From contig OX638159.1 in NCBI GenBank assembly GCA_951804945.1, forward strand, positions 29,698,001 to 29,762,000: 64,000 bases of DNA, in the 5' to 3' direction. The notes under the pieces were generated by a model that ran no database searches, had not been told where the DNA came from, and saw nothing but the letters and a program-made list of their open reading frames with translations. Positions 52,927 to 64,000 of this stretch are shown here, piece after piece (the stretch's first letter is position 1; each line of letters opens with the position of its first letter). A program made the position numbers and the translations under genes. The stretch comes from Podarcis cretensis (Eukaryota).

Positions 52927-55900
52927 CTGGAGGTGCAAATCTAATGCATACTTTTATAGGAATCAGACCTATTAAATTTTGTGGGACTTCCAAGTAAACA
53001 TGCATAGCTTGAATTTGCACAAGAAATATGTGCAAGCAAGGAAGATATCTATTTGTTACTCTTTAACGGGCTTCTTGAAACCACTTCACTGTTACTTAGA
53101 AGCCTGCAGTATTCTTCAACCAACAGAAGGCTTTCTAAGGCAAGACTTCAACTTGTCTGTTCGGTCTTCAGTAATTAGTAGCCAAGACTCAATATAATAA
53201 TGCAGAACACTGATGAAATAAACCACTTCTAAAATGGCTCCCACTTGGGACCACTTTATGGTCACGTTTGCTAATTCCTCAAATGTTTTATTATCCCTCT
53301 TCCACTCGGCATGGCAAATCAGAGCCCAAACAGTCAATGTATCCTCCTGGCCCTTTCTTGTTCTTTTGCCACCTACAAAAAGCAGTAAGATGAATTTCAG
53401 TGAAATCCAAATCTGAAACTCTAAAACAAGGCTGCAGCCTTTCATCCCCACAGAACCGGAGAGAAACAAGAGCCAGCTAGATTAGCAAACATTAACCCCT
53501 CGAACAGGAGTGCACGCCTATTGAAGTGACAGATGTACGCTCCTCACAGATTTACTTACTGTACCTTTTAACACTCATCAGATCTAAGAGCTGCGAATAA
53601 TAGCAACTTTATCCTTGTCAGGAAAAGGCTTAATGTTACATTACAATGTGTTTTCTCAAATTTATATTGTTTGAAAACTTAATTCTCAGTTATTGTATTC
53701 AAAGTGCACATGAGATTAACACTTAGCACCAGATCTAATATAGCATTGGGCAAGACCACCCACAGTATTTCCAGCTGTGACCTTAGGATCAGTTTGTCTT
53801 TGGGCAAAATTGAGCCCCCCCTGCTCATGCCAGTGCTGGATTTACACATAGTTAAAGCTTAGTTGCTGCCCACATGGTGTCCTATAGGTTTCTTAGTACT
53901 TGTACATTATTAACATCTTTATTCTCATGATCTATGGGAAATTTGCCTTTTATCTGAATAAGCCTTTCTTAAGGAGCTGGACCCCTAGAAATGGCATTTT
54001 TTTGAAGTTGCATATATGAAACTTTTAGTGACTAAAATAAAGCAAAGTATTTTTTAAATAAAAAAGATTTTTTTTTTTTGGCAGGGGGGATCTGATAAAA
54101 GATATTTCAGCTTTGAAAACAAATTCATATGTCTTTTGCATCAGCTGAAGCCCTGTGTAGCCCTACTGGGAACATTTAAAAAAGAAAGGCAATTCTATTT
54201 TCAGATGAAGTTTTATTTAAGTAAATGAATTAAGGCATTGCTTTACTTTTTATGTGAACATAAAGAGTCTCTTGAAAGGCCTGTTGATCGCTTGACCACT
54301 AATAAAGACAGATCCATGATGTGCAGTGAAAATACTGGCTCTATTGAACCAAACTGAGCAACCTAACCCCAGGCATGGATGAGCTTGTAGAACAGACACA
54401 GACCAGTGACCAGCATGTACTTGAATCAGGCATGACTGTGGGAAATACATTGTACTCAAAGCCAACTGGGGAGACTGATGATAAGGCTACTTCAACAGTT
54501 TTGCTGACTATGATAGGCCCACAGGGGGCATCCTTGGTAAGTTATAGATGGCAAAGCTTTCCCTTGTGGGCTTTGGTACACTCTGGTATTGTTCTCAAAG
54601 GGCATTTGGAAACTTTTCCTGTGCAAATTCCATTGAAATGAAAGGGACTGTCATGTGAGCAGAAATGTTAAATTTCAATCAGTTTGCTGATGAGACGGTT
54701 CTCAGGGTGCCTGTACCCTTGGCCAGACATGGTCCATGGTTTCCATTTTTATGTTAAAAGGGCTGTAAAAGAAACTTGTGAAACCAACTTTTATGAATAT
54801 ATTACTCCATGGCATTTCCAGTTACATTAGGTCTCCAAATCTAGAAGAAAGTTTTCCCCCAATTCACTTCTAGGCTTGAATATATTCCAAGAGCATAACC
54901 AGAACTAAGTTAAAAAGGTTGTTGTTGCCACAGAAACTCCACTCACAATTGCATAAGGTCTTCAGATTATGGCAGCAACCTGCTCCAGTGTAGATAAGAT
55001 GATTCTTGAGGAGAGGGACTAATATCAGTACCCCTCCTGTTCTTGGAAATCTAGCACTTGACGCTCACAAGAACTGTAGGTGAACGTTTCAGAACAACCA
55101 TAACCCTAGTTCCCCAAAGGGTGTGAGTTCACCAGAGAGACAGGCATTCTAAGTACAGAGAAAACAAATTTAGTTGGTATATTGCCTTTGCCAACTGTCA
55201 GAAGTAGGCATTCTAGGTAGATCTGTACAAAGTTGCTTCCTAAGTTTGTGGAATCATTAATTCCTTCTCTGCAAATTATTCTGATTTGAGTTTTCCCTGC
55301 AATGATTTATAACAACAAGATGAACAGCAGCATATTAGTTTTAATGTGTTGTGAAAAGCCAATAGCCTGATGGGTCTTAATTATTATTATTTTTTTGCAG
55401 TACAGTATGTTTTATTATTCACCTAGAAGTTTAATGGGCTTGATTTACAAGAGGAAGGGGTGTTCAACTGGCTAATACACAAACACTTCTGAAGGATATT
55501 TAGAGAGGGTACAGAGTCTGTTGCCCAACCATTAACCTCTGCTGTTGCAAGGGCTTTTATACTAATGACAGTAAAATCCATTTCCCTGTTCTTTGTGTTG
55601 TTATACCAAAGATTAAAGTGATGTTATTTGCCAAAGCAAACAAAGTCCACCAGTTTAGTTAAAAACTAGAATTCTTAATGAACAATAATTTTCTACTAAT
55701 CCAAAGGCAGATGTGCACCATGAGGGGGAGAAAAAGAGGAAATGTTTAGTATTGTTATAGGCATCTGTTTTATTAAAAATGCATTTGACAGGGTGCTAAA
55801 AAGTTACTCTGTGAATGCTTTGTTCTGTACGGTCCCTTTTGTTCCATGTGGTGGGATCTTGCAAATGTATATTCTTATGTTTGACCAAGCTATCAGAATT

Positions 55901-56279
55901 AGTTATATCCAATTGTCTCTGTAACTCTACACTGCATTAAACATCTTAGCAGCTTTTTAGTTTTACTACATTTCAGGGTATTGAGAAAATTGCTACCATT
56001 AACAAAAGTGGCTCTGAGGAGTCTGGAGGACTTCAGGAATGTTAATGTGTTGTAGAGACTTAAACATGTTAGTTCCAATTTGTTCCAGATAGATAGGAAA
56101 GCAACCCATCTGATTGCAGTTTGGTAACCTTTGCAGGAGTTCATCCATTACATTTCCTAGCTGTATTTTCATGGGGTTTCTCGCGTAAAGGAGGGGAACA
56201 GATTTTGATAGTTTGGGATTCAGCTAGCAACCTGAATTTAAGCTGTCTCCCTCGCAATGTGCATAAATGTTAAATATGA

Positions 56280-56367
56280 GGCTGCAATCCTATACTCAAG
56301 TACCTGGGAGTAAGTCTCATTTCACTCAATGGGACTTATTTCTGAGTAATCATGTGTAGGCGTGCAC
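56280..56367. repeat. ~90-bp palindromic interspersed repeat copy
   Basis: ggctgcaatcctata...ctgggagtaagtctcatt..ctcaatgggacttatttctgagta. Confidence 0.75.
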
Positions 56368-56999
56368 TGATAATATGCTTATATGTCAATTCTAAAGACA
56401 TTTATGTGAAAGCAACATTTCAGTAGAACTTACTTCAAAGTGCTTAGAATCGTGGTAGCTACGATCACGACTAACACTTTATGTTAAACACATTTACTTG
56501 GGAGTACATCTCATTGATTTTGATGGTATATACTTGTAAGTAAATGGAGTCAATAAGGCACATAAATAAATTATTATTTTTATTCCTTTTTAGTAAAATG
56601 AATCACAGACCTCAATGGGAACTATGAGCCTGTTCAAAGCATGCATCAAAGAATGCAATGACTTAAATCCATGATAAATCAATTTTCAAACTTGTGCAAT
56701 ATTGTGTGTATAGTCCTTGACAATATACTGTGACATAGGGCTACAGATTTTTCATGTTCTGTGTTCTTTTATTTTCCCTGTATTTACACACTAATCTTAT
56801 GTTAACTGTAAAACGTCTAGGTTATGATCTAGGCACATTGTAAATATGAAAAATACTGTTTTTACTTACAGCCAACAGAAGTTTTAAAAGAATAAATAGT
56901 TCAGGGTGTTCTATGACAATTTATAGCAAACCAAATATCAATTAAAATCCATCAAAATAGAATTATGAATTCAGAGCTCAATGAAGGATTATTATATAT

Positions 57000-58900
57000 A
57001 TTTTTTGCTTTGTTTTATTCTTTGTCTGATGAATGCACAATGTATTTGTCAATTTAATTCTTCATTAATATATCCATTGTGCTTCCTCAGCACAATGCTC
57101 ACATTGGGCACATGCAGATTCCTATTATTATTATTGCTTTAAAAAACTACTATATCAAAATGTGCTTTTTAGGTTTCCTTTTCACATGCAGCTGTAAATC
57201 ACATACTGTACTTTTAAAAGTGATTCCGGTTTATAGAAGATGTGCAAAAACACTGACAATAATCAAGTATATTTTGTAAATGAATATGAAGAAGTCTAAA
57301 TATATATTTTAAATTAAATTAACTGTGCATTCTAACTATCCCCCTCATTATATCTCTCTGGAGAGAGAATTCTTGTTCTGCGCTGAAATGTGATCTCACA
57401 TTGGTGCATTGTTAGTGCCACATTTCACATACAAGTTCTGGAGCTGGTAACATTTCATTGCAGGAGGAAGTTAACCATCATATTTTGGATCATTTTTATG
57501 GGAATTTGCAATTAGTTTTAATAGGAAGTTTGTTTCACACACAAGGATTGCTGAAAGAAGGCTGATAAAGCAACTGCAGACTTTACGGTCCTCCTGTCTA
57601 AAAGAACAGCAATGCCACTGTAAAAATATATCATTGAATATGTCAGTCATGTCCTTTTAAAAGCTTTTTTTTAAAAAAGGCAAGGCAAGGAGAAAAAGAT
57701 TTCAGACTCGCAACATCCATTGCAGGGAGTGTAAAAATGTTATAGGGGGCCAATCTACCTTAACCATATCTGATTATATTTGGATCAGTTATGTTTGGTT
57801 CAAACACCAGCATACCTAAGTCATTATGAAAGTATTGTACAGTAAATGTAAAACGGGGGGGGGGGGGGAGTCTGGATGCTACTGAGCATGGCAAACAGCA
57901 TGTCTAAAAATTTATTACGTAATAAATAAATTTCTGTGAAGGTCTTCCTGTGTAGTGGCAGGAGTCTGTTTTATTTTATTCTTATATGAAAAGAAATCAA
58001 ATGAATGCAAAATGTATTTAGGGAGACATGTGTCAAATGTAGCTTAGTTTTTCTGTTTCCATATCTTTAGCTGGATAGCAGTTTTTGCAGAAATCTACAT
58101 TTGGCGATCACATGTTATTTAGTGCTAACATGTTAATAGGTTGATAATCTGTAAAGATTAAGAGGCAGGGGAAGGGATGCTGCTGTTAAACAGATGGCAT
58201 GCTATATGAATTATGTCATTTCTATAGTTATAAAATAACTTGAGAAAATGTACTGTAACAGTATGCTAAGATTCATTACCCCCAAAATGCTTTCAGGAGG
58301 AAATGGGGATGGGAGCATAGACTCTTTCTCCACAAGCTTTACATCATAAAAAGGTTCAGCTTTCATGAAGAAAAGAAATCTAGCTTTGTCTGTTACTCCA
58401 GTGGTCATTCTCTCTTTGTATGCGCATTAAATAGCCGAATAGATTCATGCAAATAACTGTGGGGTGTTTAATTTGTTCTACTGAAGTAGAGACAACTACC
58501 AGCAAGAGCAATAAAAGTCGCATAATGAAATAAGAATACTACGAAATCCAAGGATTTTAGTGTGGCCCGTTATTCATTCAATTCCTGGCAGCCTTTATGA
58601 TTACAAATCACTTGATTGACTAACTAGACATTCTCAGAGTGAATTATGAATCAGATTCATTTTTCCTGGTTGATAGTTGGTACATGTTGTAACTCTTCCT
58701 CTCTGTGATATATCAAGTTCTTGTAACAGTAATAAGAGATATAATCAACTCTTTATTTCAGGACAAATAAATTGCCTTTTCAAAAAATGAAATGTGGTTG
58801 CTAACATTTTAACAGGGCAGCAATGTAATTCCTGCCTGCTATTCCAAGGCGGAAGCTGATGTGATGAAATAGCTTTTAAGTATTTGACTTTGCTGAAATT
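57000..58900. promoter_or_regulatory. Candidate distal conserved non-coding elements (AT-rich, repeat-free)
   Basis: AT-rich unique sequence with an octamer ATGCAAAT (~58447), TGATTGAC (~58613) and TAAT cores; no recognisable TE. Confidence 0.3.
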
Positions 58901-60249
58901 ATTTGAAGAGTAATATACCTTCTGTCCATACATGGAACTCCCATAGACTTCAGTGGAAATTATCAGCACTGATATGGGGAAATAGTGGACCATTTCTTCT
59001 TTTGGAAACAAAAGAAATCCCTGAAACAATGGAATCAAAAAATAACCAGTGACTTTTGTAGGAATATGTGAAGAATATCCCTGAATGACAACGCTGACAC
59101 TGGAAAAAACCACAAGATTTAAGAACAGATTACTAATTGACCATTGTCAGACTGTCTATTTATTGTACAGTTTCATCAGACTATTTAATATGAGCCATAT
59201 GGTGAAAGAGAAAAAGCGTAAGAATGAATGCACAAGGCACATTTCAAATATGATTTGAAAATACTGCAAATCTGAATTCCTGGTGTAATTTCACATAGTC
59301 TGAATCAGCCCAAATTGGGCCAACATGGGGTAGCTGATAGAAACCCTTCCTAAGGACACTTCACCACATGGTCAATATGAAGTCACTTCAAGGAGGGAAT
59401 GGATTTGGTAGATGTCTAGTAGTTTGAGGGAAATTTCTCTTTGAATTTCAATGTACCATGGGCACTCCTTATTTTCAGGTCAGTGTAAATTTCATGACAA
59501 CCAGAAAATGTGATGGATATACACCATCTAGATGAGTCACAACACCATTCAGATAAGTGAGAGCACAACATCAGGCAATATTGTTTTGGCTCTCCGGCTA
59601 CTGAGATGGAGAGACGTATGAGCAAGTGAGCCATTGCAGAGCAAAGAAGGAAAAGTGGCACAATGTTTAGAAATGAAACCTAACAAGAGGTGCTTTTTGC
59701 AATTAAGCACCCTTGGTGAATGATGCTATTGCAAAGTTTTTGTAACTCTGCCCGTGGAATGCTTTAACCATTGCAATCTTAATGGAGGGGCTGGATTTAG
59801 CTGGAGACAATCATTTTTATAGAAACTGAAAGTGACAAGTGCACCTGCAACAAAATGCTACGGTGTGTATTCCTACTAAGTACCAGCCAGCCAGATCTCC
59901 AGCCAGATCCTCTTTAAGTACACTCCATTCCATTCCTCTTCCCCTATCCTACTTCCTCTGCACCCTACAACACTTAGCTACTGAGCAAGTTCAGTCCTCT
60001 TTGGGTTGTTTTTAGGCTCCCCACAAGTTTTTTTTTTTGTCTTAAGCAAGACTTTGGGTTCCCTCAAGCCTGCTAACACCTCTCTCTTGTGTACAGATGG
60101 TGGTGCTGTTTCGGCTACAAAATAAGAACCAAGGTCACCCAGTGAGCTGGGTGGAAATTTGAACCCAGATTTGCCTCCAATTTTTGGAAAAGAACAATTG
60201 GGAATACTAACTGACTGAATCTGAACACCATCTGAACTGACTGAATGGG

Positions 60250-60467
60250 ACCACCATCCCTCAGACCATGTAGGGGGCTGGACTATATTTTTTTTGGGGG
60301 GAAACGAACGAATTCCTATACCCCACAAATAACCCAGAGATGCATTTTAAATAAAAGGATACATTCTACTCATGTAAAAACATGCTGATTTCCAGACTGT
60401 CCATGGGCTGGACTGAGAAGGCGATTGGGCCACATCTGGCCCCCGGGCCCTAGGTTGCCTCCCCCTG
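60250..60467 (+). mobile_element. Partial non-autonomous hAT element
   Basis: Ends gggccacatctggcccccgggccctaggttgcctccccctg, a typical hAT subterminal/TIR pattern. The 5' TIR was not found. Confidence 0.55.
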
Positions 60468-61019
60468 GATTAGATGGACATGAGTCAGATGTTTGGATTT
60501 TGGATGAAGAGAACAAAGTAGAAAGGTATAATACTTTGGTCAAGTCCTGGTAAGAATTTGGGGATCAGGCCACAGATAAAGGGGTAAGGAGAAAGTGATA
60601 CCCACCTAGCATCTATACGCATTTTAATATCAGGCATACTTTGAAATGATAGCATTAAGCATAAGCCACCACAGCATATTATATTCCATGTCTTATCCTC
60701 TCTGCATCTCTTTAACTCTTATGAAAGGTTTTAATTTCTAAATTAAAACAGCCTATATAATCAGCCTCAGAAGCTCAGATTTGTAAGACATCCTGTTATA
60801 AAATAATGTGTACCGTGATCCAGTCTTAAGACAGGCACTTTTAAAGTATCACTGATTCCAATAGGAGAGAGTTATGTCATGCTTTCCCACTGATAATCAA
60901 GAGGACTAAAATACTCTTACTTTTGCTTGGATCATGATCTGGATCCAATAATTATCTAACCTGCCCTCCATAGCCTCCGAAGAATCTCAAAATCTCCACA
61001 CACTACAGAAGGGTACAAT

Positions 61020-61485
61020 TCAATGTTATTGGGCTGAACTAAAGTTGTTATAAATGATCTTATAAACCCCTGCACAGCACAGTATTTGTCAGTGTCCTCT
61101 CCCTTTGTCAGCTGGTGAGGGTGCTGAGGTCACTGTATGTGAGTGTGAATGTTTTCTCATTGTTCCATTGCTGGCTGTTGCATGCTGGGTCATCTTTGCA
61201 TTGGCACATTGGCTATGGAATTGTCTCCTTCTGGAGGTTTGGAATGCCCCAACCTTGATGGTATTCTGCTGTCTGATTAAAATACATCTGTTCTTAGCAA
61301 TTGGCAAATCAAATTAAGGCTATTCAAGGTTTTAAGAGGTGCTGAACAGCTGCTATTATATGTGATTGTTTTACCACTGAGTGATAAGTTTAGTTGCTTT
61401 GTGAGTTTTCTTTTTGCATACTATGTTGTTTTATGCCATTTTGTAATGAAGAGTGGCCTAAAAGTTTAATAGATACATAAATAAA
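61020..61485 (+). mobile_element. Old L2-like LINE 3' fragment
   Basis: ctatggaattgtctccttctggaggtttggaatgcccc...ttaaaatacatctgtt pattern followed by a T-rich 3' region. Confidence 0.4.
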
Positions 61486-62136
61486 TTGGAAGCATTAAAT
61501 TTATGAATGGTATGTTTCGTGCAATATTGTTTAGATCCAATCCCACAAGTTTTAAGACCAGTTTTAGAAAGTATTGATAGGAATGCATTAATCATTAATA
61601 TGAATGGAACAAAAACTTACGGATCTGATGGAATTCATACCAAGAATGTACAAAAGCAGATTCTTAATTCCATTATGCTTGCCCATTCAGAGATTTTTAA
61701 GGCTGTTAAAAGAAAAATCCCACACTTCTAGGGCTGTCATTTATCAGACATGTGAACTTTGCCAAGTGTGGCAAATCTCAGAGACCAGAATACCTTTCAG
61801 AGATGTAAATCATAGTTTCTGATCTGTTTCTAAACAATTATACTCCTAGTAAACAGCTCAGCCTTGAATATAATCATAAGACAATCATTTGGTTAATATT
61901 CAGTAAAAATGTATGCACCTCCATGACAAGATTCCTCAATCTAATGGGGTTTACTTATTTATTTCTCCAGATGGGGGAAAAAGTATCAGAGTGGTGTGAA
62001 GATATGATTTATGCTGATTTCCCCCCCCATAGTTCTAGGTGGTATTGCATTTGAAAATGTTCAGCAGCTTATCATGCCCAGTACTGAGCTGGTGTAGCAT
62101 TGTAGCTAACAGTACAATCCTATACATTTCTGTACA

Positions 62137-62513
62137 GGGACACGGGTGGCGCTGTGGTCTAAATCACTGAGCCTCTTGGGCTTGCTGATCGGAAGGTCAG
62201 CAGTTTGAATCCTCCTGATGGGTCAGCTCTCGTTGCTCTGTCCCAGCTTCTGCCAACCTTGCAGTTCAAAATCACACCAGTACAAGTAGATAAATGGGGA
62301 CCACTGTGCAGGTAAGGGAAATGGTGCTTCCATGCACTCTGGTTTCCATCACGGTGTTCTGTTGCATCAGAAGCGATTTAGTCATGCTAGCCACATGACC
62401 TGAAAAGCTGTCTGTAGACAAATTCTTGCTCCCTTGGCCTGAAGTGAAATTAGTGCCGCACCCCATAGTTGCCTTTGATTGGACTGAACCGTCCAGGGGT
62501 CCTTTACCTTTAC
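62137..62513 (+). mobile_element. Full-length Sauria SINE (long subfamily)
   Basis: Starts GGGACACGGGTGGCGCTGTGGTCTAAA and ends GGGGTCCTTTACCTTTAC. Degenerate TSD acatttctgtaca / acatttttgtata. Confidence 0.9.
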
Positions 62514-63714
62514 ACATTTTTGTATACATACCTATAATCTGAGCTATGTATTATGAAGGGCAGTATAATTGCCCTAAATCAGGGGCAGCAATCTGTAGCT
62601 CTAGGCTATGTGTAGCATCTGGATGGATGTCAAAGGACTTCTGCAAGCTGTCATTTCAGACCTTTAGTTTGCAGGGAGAAAGGAAGCCCCTCTCGTCTCT
62701 GCCATGTGGCTCCCAACAGATTATCTCTGAGTGAATTTGGCCCTCAACTGATAAAATCTTGTTCACTCTGTCCCAAATGAATAAGCTTAGAACTGGCTAT
62801 CAAGTGAAGGTGCACAGCTTGTATGAATGAAGTAGGAATTCGATGCTCTGCGTTGTGGACCAGTGAAAGCGTAAATGTTGATTGGCGCTCAGGGTGAGAA
62901 ACTTGAATCTCTCATGGTCTGAATCTCCCAAGAGAGGCAAGTCTAGGGCTTTGAGAACCTTTGTGTTCTATTATTCAATATATCTATATTAAAAAATAAA
63001 TAAAGATGAGGGGTCGCTTAAGGAAGTTTGATCATTGTTTAACATACAAGATGATCTGTATTCATTTTCATCATTTCATGGCTCCCACTTGGCAGCTTCC
63101 TCATGACACTCGTCTTTTACTGATGCTTTGAAGTGTCTCTTGCTTTACTTTGAGTTCCTTGAACTCACCTGCAGTAGGCAGTTCATTTTCAAGTTAACTT
63201 TCCTATCCTCCTGATGTCAGGTTTTTCTTTTCTTTTTCAACATTACTTTTTTTCTGAATAAATCTCACAGAGTTCAGTATCCTATATATAGCGAGTCTCC
63301 TATTTTAAGGAAGGGAGGACTGATAAGTATTTCAAATTGACCAACTTCATTTCACAGGTAACGATTGATCTTGGAAAGCAGGCATTGTGTGAAGTCATTT
63401 GCATGTGCTTCCCCTGTAGAATTCCTTTTGTCATGTGGGATAGCGGGATGTATACATTCTGATGTGAATAATATCTCTCTGTCTTTTTGTAGCGTTTTCA
63501 GCGTACCTCGTATTGCTGGACATGATGTTTTAAGTTCAAGACTGTAGATCCACAGAGCAATGGGCAATGTTTGCCGCAATCGTGAAGAAGAGTCTTGCAG
63601 TACCTTAAAGATCAGCAGGTATTGACTCATCCTTTTTTTTATCACTTTGCTTTTAAACACTATGGTTCACAATTATTATTGTCATTCAGGCACATAAGGA
63701 TTCAAGCCTATCTT

Positions 63715-63992
63715 AGAGGCAGTGAAGGCCACAGACCTGGATGGCTTTTAAAGACAAAGTCACGCAGGAGAAGGCAATAAGTGGCTATGGACCCTGATGG
63801 TTATGTTCTACCTCCACCATCAGAGGCAGAGAACACTTCTCAATGCTGGTTGATGGAAACCAAAGAAGAGGAGAGTGCTGTGGAACTCCAGTTTTCCTTG
63901 AGATCAATTTGTGGCATAGGAGGTGGTTGTGGCTTAGGGGGCTATATGTATGGCGTTGATTGGGTAGTTTGAGGTGGGCCAACTGAATCCAG
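63715..63992 (+). mobile_element. Degraded CR1 3'-end fragment
   Basis: gatggctttaaa...tgatggttatgttctacctccaccatcagaggcag...ggagagtgct is similar to 46012-46250. Confidence 0.65.
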
Positions 63993-64000
63993 CTAACCAC

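Noticed and set aside
24120-60930. CRISPR-like array or miRNA cluster from the palindromic repeats
   Set aside because: Eukaryotic DNA; the copies are dispersed, irregularly spaced and divergent, as expected of an old MITE-like family.

Overview
Vertebrate genomic DNA from a squamate reptile. The Sauria/POM-type SINEs point to a lacertid lizard (inference). The only protein-coding gene I can support is the nuclear receptor NR2F1 (COUP-TFI) on the minus strand. It has three coding exons (16086-15654, 12958-12431, 6797-6517; 1242 nt, 413 aa), GT-AG introns, a long GC-rich 5' leader with four upstream AUGs and a ~1 kb 3' UTR. Two N-runs are each exactly 132 nt. One replaces exactly the 44 expected codons of exon 2 and the other covers the likely TSS region. 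The gene lies in a CpG-rich, nearly transposon-free domain (~1-35 kb) with many microsatellites and candidate conserved non-coding elements. The upstream gene desert (35-64 kb) is CpG-poor and carries Sauria SINEs, CR1/L2 fragments and hAT-like MITEs, except for a second CpG-rich, motif-dense island at ~47-51 kb. The most notable observations are a candidate divergent lncRNA promoter and first exon with a GC donor, a CTCF motif between the two promoters, a distant branch point at exon 3, and a ~90-bp palindromic repeat whose CpG content tracks the CpG domains. Conservation and family assignments come from recall and pattern recognition, not from alignments.
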